From positions 192,001-256,000 of the forward strand of contig JBNGBT010000003.1 in NCBI GenBank assembly GCA_049903315.1: a stretch of 64,000 bases of DNA, read 5' to 3'. Both the position numbers and the translations under genes were made by a program. This DNA is from Candidatus Cloacimonadota bacterium. GTDB lineage: Bacteria > Cloacimonadota > Cloacimonadia > JGIOTU-2. Below the pieces are notes generated by a model. It was not told the DNA's origin and did no database searches. It saw only the letters and a program-made list of their open reading frames with translations. The stretch's first letter is position 1. Every line of letters begins with the position of its first letter. Shown here piece by piece: positions 10,075-18,279 of this stretch.

Positions 10075-11080
10075 AACATCCGACTTTCCAGAAAGCACAA
10101 TCACATGGTGCTTTGAGAAGAAGCTCAAGCTCTTCATCCAGAAGACAGATCGTGAGTGTCATGCCTGCCATTTCCATCGACGTTGCATAGCGTCCAACTA
10201 AAGGCATGACAATTTCAACACCAATATCATCGAATTTCGATTTTATATATCTATAAGCTATGTATAATTCTTCTAGAGGTGTTGCCCCGAGACTGTTTAC
10301 CAGCACAGAAATCCGATTTCCCTTTTTTAATGGCATATCAGCAAGAATAAGTTCTAACATTTCTTGAGCAATCTCGTCCGCTTTTTTCAATGTTCCGCGC
10401 CATACACCAGGCTCGCCATGAATCCCCATACCCATTTCCATTTCATCCTCTCCGATCTCAAATCCGGGTTTTCCTGCCTGTGGTACAATGCACGGCGTTA
10501 AAGCCATTCCAATTGAGCGGCAAGCATCAGCAGCTTTCTGCGCCACTCTGGTTACTTCAGTAAGGCCGGCTTTCTCATCGGCTTTTGCACCCGCGATCTT
10601 GAACGCATAGACTAAACCGCCAGTTCCACGTCGTTTTTCTTTTTCCTCGGGAGGAGCACTTGCAACATCATCAGCCAGTGTCACTGTCGTTGACTCAAAG
10701 CCTTCCATCTCAAGCATTTCACCAGCCATGTCGAAATTCATGACATCGCCGCCGTAATTGCCATAGAGACGCAAAACACCTACACCGCTGTTTGCCTGAC
10801 GCATGGTTTCTGCGATTTGTTCTGAAGTAGGGGAACAAAATACATCTCCGATCGCTGCAGCATCAAGGAGTCCTTTGCCGACATAGCCGGTAAAGATAGG
10901 AAGATGTCCCGAACCGCCACCTGTAACGATGCCGACTTTTCCTTTTATTGGTGCTTCAGGTCGAACAATGACACGTCCTTGTGGACCAGTCTGCTTGTAA
11001 TATTCAGGATGTGCAGCACATAATCCCTCGAGCATTTCGGCAACATAATTTTCAGGATCGTTTAAAATCTTTTTCATCAA
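10067..11080 (-). CDS. dhaK: Dihydroxyacetone kinase subunit K
   Basis: GGGSGH, NYGGDVMNF, DDVAS, GMGIHGEPG and LGATPLEEL motifs. Confidence 0.93.
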   Translation of the reverse strand: MMKKILNDPENYVAEMLEGLCAAHPEYYKQTGPQGRVIVRPEAPIKGKVGIVTGGGSGHLPIFTGYVGKGLLDAAAIGDVFCSPTSEQIAETMRQANSGVGVLRLYGNYGGDVMNFDMAGEMLEMEGFESTTVTLADDVASAPPEEKEKRRGTGGLVYAFKIAGAKADEKAGLTEVTRVAQKAADACRSIGMALTPCIVPQAGKPGFEIGEDEMEMGMGIHGEPGVWRGTLKKADEIAQEMLELILADMPLKKGNRISVLVNSLGATPLEELYIAYRYIKSKFDDIGVEIVMPLVGRYATSMEMAGMTLTICLLDEELELLLKAPCDCAFWKVGCYE

Positions 11081-11101
11081 TATGCCCCTTGTATATAGGT
11101 G

Positions 11102-12100
11102 TTATTTCATTTCAGCTAATAACTTTTTGATCACATCTTTCGAAGTGATGCCTTCCGCTTCTGCGGCAAAGTTCAAAAGAATTCTGTGCTGAAGGATCGG
11201 TGTGGCAACAAATTCGATATCTTCCATTGATGGTACAGTTCGTCCATTCAACGCAGCGCGTGTTTTTGCTGCGAGAACAAGATACTGCGAAGCGCGAGGA
11301 CCAGCTCCCCAGTTAACCCAGTTTTTCACAAAGTCGGGAGCATCTTCAAATTTTGGACGGGAGAGTCGTGCAAGCTTTACTGCTGTTTCAAGAATGTGTT
11401 CGGGCAGGGGTATCTTGAAGATAAATTTTTGCAGCTTTGTGATTTCTTCTCCGCTCACAATTTTTTGAATGGTTTCAAATTCCCTGCTTGTGGTTATTTC
11501 AGCAATTTGTTTTTCTTCTTCATATGAAGGATAATCTATGTCGATATGAAAAATAAACCTATCGAGCTGAGCTTCTGGTAAAGGGTAGGTGCCTTCCTGT
11601 TCGATGGGATTCTGAGTTGCCAGCACAAAGAATGGAGGAGAGAGAGGAAAAGTATGATTTCCAGCTGTGACCTTTCTTTCCTGCATTGCTTCAAGGAGTG
11701 CGGATTGCGTTTTCGGAGGAGTCCTGTTTATTTCATCTGCAAGAATAATATTAGCAAAAACCGGTCCTTTCACAAACTGGAAAGCGCGCTTGCCTGTTGT
11801 CTTATCCTCTGTGAGAATATCTGTGCCTGTGATGTCTGAGGGCATAAGATCAGGTGTGAATTGTATCCTGCTGAAATTGAGGTCGAGTACCTGCGAAATA
11901 GTGCTGATCAAAAGTGTTTTTGCCAATCCGGGCACACCGACCAGCAGGCAATGTCCATTTGCAAAAAGAGAGATAAGGAAATATTCGATCACCTTATCCT
12001 GTCCCACAATGACTTTGTGGATTTCGTTCACTATCTTTGCTCTGGTTTCAGAGAGGTTTTCTATAGTTTTTACGTCGCTGTTTGAGACAATATTATCCAT
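11102..12100 (-). CDS. moxR: MoxR family AAA+ ATPase
   Basis: GVPGLAKT, RIQFTPDLMPSD, LADEINRTPPKTQSALLEAM and ATQNPIEQEGTYPLPEAQLDRF. Confidence 0.95.
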   Translation of the reverse strand: MDNIVSNSDVKTIENLSETRAKIVNEIHKVIVGQDKVIEYFLISLFANGHCLLVGVPGLAKTLLISTISQVLDLNFSRIQFTPDLMPSDITGTDILTEDKTTGKRAFQFVKGPVFANIILADEINRTPPKTQSALLEAMQERKVTAGNHTFPLSPPFFVLATQNPIEQEGTYPLPEAQLDRFIFHIDIDYPSYEEEKQIAEITTSREFETIQKIVSGEEITKLQKFIFKIPLPEHILETAVKLARLSRPKFEDAPDFVKNWVNWGAGPRASQYLVLAAKTRAALNGRTVPSMEDIEFVATPILQHRILLNFAAEAEGITSKDVIKKLLAEMK

Positions 12101-12282
12101 GCAATATCCTTTATTAAATACTTTGAGATAGATTCAGGAGTGTTGTTTTTGGATGTCAAGATTGAGGATAGCAGATTAAAGATGTCTAGTCGTTGCGAGG
12201 ATTAAAGTGTGACTTTTATCCAGATTTGGTAGATAGGAATACTGGATACATGCTTTTGTAAAATAACATATGCGTTCAACTA

Positions 12283-12332
12283 GTTACGCAAAATTCCAAT
12301 CTTGCGTACTCAACATCGGAATGTTGAGTTAC
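12283..12332. repeat. REP-doublet-like palindrome, copy 1
   Basis: Two 27-nt hairpin units in inverted orientation share a central GTAC: GTTACGCAAAAT-TCCA-ATCTTGCGTAC (+) and GTAACTCAACAT-TCCG-ATGTTGAGTAC (-). Confidence 0.7.
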
Positions 12333-12363
12333 TCCTCACTTTTAATCCTCTACTCTTTACGCA

Positions 12364-13005
12364 CTACGGCTTAATAATACCCAGCCAATCTCCAAGCAGG
12401 AAATTCAACCTTCCGATAAGAAGCGAGATACGAGCCATCACCGTGTAACCGAATGCAGCACCGAAACTTACCATAAGGAAATATATGCCGACCCGGGCAG
12501 TTACTCCGAAAGCTCCCTCATGTTTCTTGCTGAAGAAAAAGTACACAATGCCAGATATTGTGCCGATTATGAGAATAAGTTCGCCAGCGATCTGAGCAGC
12601 ATTACTTGTTGCAAAGGGATTCAGCATGGTCGCTGTTAATTGGTTAAGTACATCTGACTGAAGATAACGCTTGAAGAACAATCCGGCAGTTGTTCCCACC
12701 ACAACTGCAAGTGCGTACCTGCTTACCCAATCAATAGTAGGTATCAACCTGCAGAGCATCAGGATACCGAGGAATGCCGGTATCAGAAGGATGAAATTAT
12801 GAGTAAAATCCGAAGTAACAGGGATAAAAAGATTCGGCATGAGTATGTTGTAGATTGTATATATGAACCAATAACCCGCAGAAATTCCGATGAAGATCTG
12901 CTCAGCTATTTTGTAAAAAGGATTGTCCTTATAAAGAAAGCTGAAGATAGCGAAAGTAAGAAAAGCCCCGACCCAAATCCCGATTCTATCCATAATTATT
13001 GCCAT
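12364..13005 (-). CDS. Uncharacterised ~6-TM membrane protein (gene 4 of DUF6754-like operon)
   Basis: Six hydrophobic stretches with GxxxG-type motifs (GISAG, GTTAG, GAAFG); GGAGG RBS; 11 bp from the upstream gene. Confidence 0.85.
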   Translation of the reverse strand: MAIIMDRIGIWVGAFLTFAIFSFLYKDNPFYKIAEQIFIGISAGYWFIYTIYNILMPNLFIPVTSDFTHNFILLIPAFLGILMLCRLIPTIDWVSRYALAVVVGTTAGLFFKRYLQSDVLNQLTATMLNPFATSNAAQIAGELILIIGTISGIVYFFFSKKHEGAFGVTARVGIYFLMVSFGAAFGYTVMARISLLIGRLNFLLGDWLGIIKP

Positions 13006-13016
13006 TTTTCCTCCGC

Positions 13017-13859
13017 CTATGCTTTCAATGTGTCTTTTTGTTTCCTGGTTGCAAAATAGCCGATATTGCCGATCAGGATGAACAGGATTATTACGAGATG
13101 TGCAACGGATTGGGCATCCATTCCTTTTGTTGCAAAACCAGGTTTATTGATGAGGAGTTCAAATTCCGCTGCGCCTTTCAATCCGCCAAGCAAACCGACA
13201 AGCTGCTGCTGTTCGTTCACATAGGGCAGCATCGTGGGCGCTTGTACTGCGGTTGTACCCCCAGCAACTGGTTTTCCAAATGTATCATGAACGATCATAA
13301 CCCACTGTTTCAATCCCGGATCACCTGCAGATAATGAGATCATACAACCGATTTTATCGAAATTCTTTATGCCCTTCATGATGGGGAATTCGTCGATTGG
13401 ATTTCCCCCTGCATCGGCAGGAAAGGTGCTTCGAAAATCCTTTGCCATATGATTGATCGTCACCATACCGCCCGATTTATAACCGAGATTAATAAAGTCG
13501 ATACCATATTCGATATTTGGGTATTCCGTACTCACTATTTCGTATGCTTCGTTGCACATCTGCACGCCCATGGGCCAGAGTGCTGTTGCAATTATCCGCA
13601 ATCTAAGTGTGAACGCCTGCTGCATCAAAGCAATTGCCATTGGTTGTATTTCCGGTTTGGTCGAAGGATCATAATCAAAAGAAATGAGAATGCGTGTACC
13701 GGGTTCCAATTCTTGAAGAAGATCATAGACACTCTGCACATTCTCGGTCACTTCCAGGTTGAATCCCAATGTCCATATTAGAGGAATTGCCACGCCGAGT
13801 AGGATGAGCAGGAAAATAATTCGACGATCAATATTAAGGAATCTCTCAAAAATTTTCAT
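13017..13859 (-). CDS. Uncharacterised TM-soluble domain-TM protein (gene 3 of DUF6754-like operon)
   Basis: N- and C-terminal TM helices flank a ~215-aa alpha/beta-looking domain (ISFDYDP, GLLGGLKGAAEFE, MDAQSVAH); 1 bp from the upstream gene. Confidence 0.85.
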   Translation of the reverse strand: MKIFERFLNIDRRIIFLLILLGVAIPLIWTLGFNLEVTENVQSVYDLLQELEPGTRILISFDYDPSTKPEIQPMAIALMQQAFTLRLRIIATALWPMGVQMCNEAYEIVSTEYPNIEYGIDFINLGYKSGGMVTINHMAKDFRSTFPADAGGNPIDEFPIMKGIKNFDKIGCMISLSAGDPGLKQWVMIVHDTFGKPVAGGTTAVQAPTMLPYVNEQQQLVGLLGGLKGAAEFELLINKPGFATKGMDAQSVAHLVIILFILIGNIGYFATRKQKDTLKA

Positions 13860-13860
13860 C

Positions 13861-14556
13861 TTATTTACCCCCTAAATATGAACGTTCGATGCCAAGAATG
13901 ATGCGCAGAGAGCTGCCGATCACACCCAAACCGGCGCAGATCATTATCGCTCGCTGACCCGCAGTATTGGGATATTTCATAATGAAAGAGGCAATATTAG
14001 GCAAATGCAAAAATCCAAGTGAATCAGGGATCCATCCGGTCAAAGTGCTTCCGATCGTTGTTCTACCAAGCATGACGAGAACTGCTGCGATAAGGAGTAA
14101 AGTAGATTCGGGACTGCGTGCACGAAATGCCCTGTACGATGCGGAAGCCATGAAGAATGCGAGCAGAGAGAACATCGTGGCAGAAAGGTTTTCAAATAAA
14201 TATTTAAAGATGTAATCAAAGGGTTTATATCCTAGGAAATTGATCATTTTTTCACTTGCAGGAATGAGTCCGGGCTGCTGCTGTGTTCCCCATAAAATAC
14301 CACAAATGACCATGATGGAAAAACTCACAAGCGCAATAATGAAGTATGGCCAGTTCGGTGCTTTGCGGGATATTTTTATGATATTGACCTTGAACAAGCT
14401 GAGCTGCCCGAGGATGATAGCAAAACCGGAAATGATCAAAAACCATCCTTCGAGACTGGTCGAAAGACTATTAAAGGGTTTGTGTGGAATGAATTCAGAA
14501 ACAATGATAAGCATGCCAACCAAGAAGGTGATGAGCATAGGAATTTGTCTTCTCAT
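13861..14556 (-). CDS. Uncharacterised ~6-TM membrane protein (gene 2 of DUF6754-like operon)
   Basis: Six hydrophobic stretches; ATMFSLLAFFMASASYRAFRAR and AGQRAI...LRIILGIER; AGAGGA RBS. Confidence 0.85.
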   Translation of the reverse strand: MRRQIPMLITFLVGMLIIVSEFIPHKPFNSLSTSLEGWFLIISGFAIILGQLSLFKVNIIKISRKAPNWPYFIIALVSFSIMVICGILWGTQQQPGLIPASEKMINFLGYKPFDYIFKYLFENLSATMFSLLAFFMASASYRAFRARSPESTLLLIAAVLVMLGRTTIGSTLTGWIPDSLGFLHLPNIASFIMKYPNTAGQRAIMICAGLGVIGSSLRIILGIERSYLGGK

Positions 14557-14572
14557 GTGTCCTCTTTATGTA

Positions 14573-15679
14573 TTAGTGGGTTGCCAGAAAATCTTTCAGG
14601 AAATGTATGCCGAACATTTCGAGCACTACACCGACAAGAAGGGTAAATATTATAATTGCTTTTCCCACATCCTGACCTTTCAAACTTCCAAGCTGATTTG
14701 GTTCATTTGAAAGATATGCAGATGCAGCGAAGAGTTCTTCACCGATCAACGTATAGTCACAGGCAGCAACGAAGAAGGGGATCTGGGTGGGCATTGCAGT
14801 GCCTGCGATCTGAATTGCACCGCTCTCAAAACCTGTTTCTGCAAGAATAAGAGATTCTGCGTAAAATGCGCCGAGATAGAAAGTTGCAGCGGGTTTTTCT
14901 CGAAGGATTATGCCGTCAACGCCTGCGACATATCCGAACTGATCATCAGTAAGATAAAATACTGAATCCGGCTTAAAGGCATCGGGTCTGCCTGCACGAA
15001 GATAGGCTTCCTTTACGATTTCCTTTGCTGTGGAGAGCACCATTGAACGGCATACCGGAACATGGATTGTAGAATCATATTGGGCTACTTTTTCTGCGAG
15101 ATGCCCGAGAATGTTCAGTCCCGCAATAGTCTGCATATCATCGAGATCCATGATGCCGGGAACAAATAAAAGGGGTTTTCCCATTTCTGTAGCCCGTCCG
15201 ACTGCTTCTTCGATCGTGTCAAGTCCGCTGATCTTTCTTATGTAGAGCCGCTTTCCTTTTCGTGCAGAGAAAATAAAATAAGTGATCGCACTTCCAAGTA
15301 GGATTGTCATAATGAGCAAAGATATTTTATCAGTATTGAACCATTCTGCCTTTGCTATAGCTGACGCACTGAAACTTTGCAGTGTTTCACCTTCTATGTT
15401 CAACACAGAGAGTTTATAGAAATATTCCTGTCCGTCCTCGATATTTTCATCATCAATAAATTGCTTCATAAGAGGTGTAACCGTAGCGATCTCAATATAA
15501 TTTTCTTTATCAATACTGCGGCTGATGGTCATCTCGGGAAAAGACAGCGGGACGTTCCATTCCAGCAGTATCGCACCACCATCATCATTTGGGTTGTCTG
15601 CAGCAGTGAAGGTCATATCTTGGGCATATAACGAAAAAGCAAAAAATATACAAAATATAATAAAAAAAGATACTCTCAT
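14573..15679 (-). CDS. Signal peptide + fibronectin-III-like domain + TM + DUF6754-like domain + TM (gene 1 of operon)
   Basis: Start moved to MRVSFF (15679). FN3-like DNPNDDGGAILLEW...YFYKL; C-terminal IRKISGLDTIEEAVGRATEMGKP...DYTLIGEELFAASAYLS, recalled as DUF6754 and needing HMM confirmation. Confidence 0.8.
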   Translation of the reverse strand: MRVSFFIIFCIFFAFSLYAQDMTFTAADNPNDDGGAILLEWNVPLSFPEMTISRSIDKENYIEIATVTPLMKQFIDDENIEDGQEYFYKLSVLNIEGETLQSFSASAIAKAEWFNTDKISLLIMTILLGSAITYFIFSARKGKRLYIRKISGLDTIEEAVGRATEMGKPLLFVPGIMDLDDMQTIAGLNILGHLAEKVAQYDSTIHVPVCRSMVLSTAKEIVKEAYLRAGRPDAFKPDSVFYLTDDQFGYVAGVDGIILREKPAATFYLGAFYAESLILAETGFESGAIQIAGTAMPTQIPFFVAACDYTLIGEELFAASAYLSNEPNQLGSLKGQDVGKAIIIFTLLVGVVLEMFGIHFLKDFLATH

Positions 15680-15738
15680 GCCTAATACCCCATGCATAAA
15701 TTTAATTTGAACTATTAATCCCAATTTCCTATTTGAAA

Positions 15739-15744
15739 TGTCAA
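15739..15744 (-). promoter_or_regulatory. TTGACA -35 box heading the DUF6754-like operon
   Basis: 60 nt upstream of the proposed ATG at 15679, correct orientation. Confidence 0.6.
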
Positions 15745-15836
15745 TAAATTACACTTCAATATAAATTTATTTGGGAAATTTGCAAAACTTTACAAAAATT
15801 TCAGAAATCAACATTTGATTATTTTAGGAATAGTAT

Positions 15837-16835
15837 ATGAATATTTTAATTTCAGGCGGAACAGGATTTATCGGATATCATTTAATAAAACGTCTTGTAA
15901 ACAGAGGTCATGCGGTTACGTGTATTATAAGACAAAATTCAAATATTGAGAAATTGAATGGATTTAATCTTCAGTATATTTCATATGAAGAAATAAAAAA
16001 TAGTGAAATAGATTTTTATGGATATGATGTTGTATATCATCTTGCGAGTATACGTCATAAATGGGGAACAAGCTGGAATGAGTATGTGAAATCCGGGCAA
16101 AATTATACTGAGATGTTGTTAAAATCTTCCGTTGGAAAAATAACACAATTTATATTTTGCAGTTCTGTAGCTGTTTACGGATATACAGATACACTGCCGA
16201 TCTCGGAAAGTTCAGAGAAAAGCCCCCATAATCTATATGGTAAGATGAAGCTGGAATGCGAAAATCTCGTTACATTATATAACGAAAAGTATGATTTACC
16301 CTATACAATTCTTCGTCCATCAGTTGTATATGGCGAAAATGATCCACAAGGGATGATGACTCGACTTGTCAAGATGATTTACGATAACTCATATCATACT
16401 ATTGGGAATGGAAACAATAGAATTCAATGTGTTTATATTGAAGATTTTATTGATATTCTCGAAAAGATAGGAACAAATTTTCATCCAACTAATGATGAAT
16501 TTATTATTTCATACCAGTATCCAATTACCATTAATGATTTAGTTAAATTAATTAGAAACGAATTACATAAGGAAGTTACCCTTGACATTAAGATTCCAGT
16601 ATGGTTTGCACGATTTTTTGCCATGATAATTGAAAAGGCTTATCAAGTCGGCATTAAATTAACAGGACCAGAACCAATAATTGCTAAAGAGAAAGTGGAT
16701 ACAATGGTAAAAGATGTTGTCTATGATACTTCAAAAATTAAAAGTGCATATGATTTCGCGTCCACCGTTTCATATAAGCAAGGAATTAACAGATTGATAC
16801 GCAGTTTAATACAGGAGAATAAATGGAAGGTATAA
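15837..16835 (+). CDS. NAD-dependent epimerase/dehydratase (extended SDR)
   Basis: SGGTGFIG, CSSVAVYG, YGKMK (YxxxK) and LRPSVVYG. Confidence 0.92.
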   Translation: MNILISGGTGFIGYHLIKRLVNRGHAVTCIIRQNSNIEKLNGFNLQYISYEEIKNSEIDFYGYDVVYHLASIRHKWGTSWNEYVKSGQNYTEMLLKSSVGKITQFIFCSSVAVYGYTDTLPISESSEKSPHNLYGKMKLECENLVTLYNEKYDLPYTILRPSVVYGENDPQGMMTRLVKMIYDNSYHTIGNGNNRIQCVYIEDFIDILEKIGTNFHPTNDEFIISYQYPITINDLVKLIRNELHKEVTLDIKIPVWFARFFAMIIEKAYQVGIKLTGPEPIIAKEKVDTMVKDVVYDTSKIKSAYDFASTVSYKQGINRLIRSLIQENKWKV

Positions 16836-17248
16836 TTACACAAGATGTTTGCAAGCGATATAATTGTGAAATTTTAGGTTTTGGAGAAATATTTGAAATA
16901 AAGTCTGTTGAACGGATTAGGAAGAGATTAGTAAAAAAATATAAAAACGGGATTTTATATTTATCTTCTAATAAGGATCATTCAGGAAGAGGATTTACCA
17001 GGGAAGAGATTGAACAGAAAGTCAAGGAAGATGGTTTGGAAATTCTAGAAAGCGGGTATGCAGATGCGCCGCCATGGAAATCCGATCCACTTGAATCAGG
17101 ACAACAATCAAGCAAAATGGAAATCCCTATTTTATCAAAACTAGTTCCTTTTATATTTATATTATGGATTCCATTGTTTGAACGATTTTACAGAAAGAGA
17201 AGAAAAGCACATATAGCTTGGGTTTTCGGAGCAGTTGATGAAAAATAA
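16823..17248 (+). CDS. Hypothetical protein resembling the C-terminal part of a Rossmann-type methyltransferase-like protein
   Basis: Overlaps both neighbours in operon fashion; FTREEIEQKVKEDGLEILESGYADAPPW; no SAM-binding GxGxG motif. Confidence 0.6.
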   Translation: MEGIITQDVCKRYNCEILGFGEIFEIKSVERIRKRLVKKYKNGILYLSSNKDHSGRGFTREEIEQKVKEDGLEILESGYADAPPWKSDPLESGQQSSKMEIPILSKLVPFIFILWIPLFERFYRKRRKAHIAWVFGAVDEK

Positions 17249-18224
17249 ACTGAATATTATTATTGGTATAATAATTGGTGCTGCTTTTCTTGGTTTATGG
17301 TTTCTTCTCGTTGATCCAAATGAAATTTGGTCATATCTCAGAGGACTCAATATTTTTCATGTTATTTTATTCACTTTTTTTTATATTTTTGCATATTTCA
17401 TACGTTCCTATAGATGGCGTTTAATATTAAAACCCATTTTTAAAATGAAAATTCTGGAGTCTTTTTTTTATTTTATGGCAGGAATGCTTATAAATTATCT
17501 TGTTCCTGTGAGAGCTGGTGAAGTTGCTAAAAGTTTTTTTCTTAAGAAAAATGAAGGGGTAAAAATTTCTAAATCTCTCCCTTCAATCTTTATCGACAAA
17601 CTAACTGATTTATTCCCAATAATTGTAATTATTATACTTATTCCTATCCTGGCAATTCCTATCAGTAAAACACTTACATGGATAATCGTTGCGATCTTAA
17701 TCCTATATGTGATACTTCTTTTTATTCTTATCTTCTCTATGAAAAGTCCGGAGAATATGCATAAAATATTGATGAAACTGTCATTTTTCCTTCCTAATAA
17801 GTTTAAAAGTAAGCTTGAAGAATTTTATACAAGCTTTATTGAGGGAATGGGCATCCTGAGAGGAAGAAGGAAAGATACAATAATGATATATCTTTTGACT
17901 TTGCTCGCAGTTTTTTCTGAAGGATTTTTTGTATATATGATCTTTCGCAGTCTTGGTTTACAAAATATTGGCTACATTAAAATAGTATTTGGATATACAT
18001 TAATGAACCTTACATACATACTTCCTACTCCACCTGCTCAAATTGGCTCAAATGAATTTATGTGGGTTATAATATTCTCATTTGCTTTAGGTTTAAATAG
18101 AAATTTAACCGGAGCTGCCGTAGCAACCGTTCATATATTAACGACAATTGTAATATTCGCATTTGGGGCAATCTCACTTTCATCGATTGGAATAAAATTT
18201 TCGGAGATTTTTAGAAAAAAATAA
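17238..18224 (+). CDS. Lysylphosphatidylglycerol synthase TM-domain / UPF0104 flippase-like protein
   Basis: About 8 TM; RSYRWRLIL, NYLVPVRAGE, IDKLTD and LPTPPAQIGSNE. Confidence 0.88.
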   Translation: MKNKLNIIIGIIIGAAFLGLWFLLVDPNEIWSYLRGLNIFHVILFTFFYIFAYFIRSYRWRLILKPIFKMKILESFFYFMAGMLINYLVPVRAGEVAKSFFLKKNEGVKISKSLPSIFIDKLTDLFPIIVIIILIPILAIPISKTLTWIIVAILILYVILLFILIFSMKSPENMHKILMKLSFFLPNKFKSKLEEFYTSFIEGMGILRGRRKDTIMIYLLTLLAVFSEGFFVYMIFRSLGLQNIGYIKIVFGYTLMNLTYILPTPPAQIGSNEFMWVIIFSFALGLNRNLTGAAVATVHILTTIVIFAFGAISLSSIGIKFSEIFRKK

Positions 18225-18279
18225 ATTCTTGACACAGATCAGAATAAAATTTTAAAAAAGTCAACCATGGAGGTGCGAT

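Noticed and set aside
11102..12363. moxR as fifth gene of the DUF6754-like operon
   Set aside because: Separated by 263 bp containing palindromes and its own TTGACA box; a functional link is possible but not supported here.
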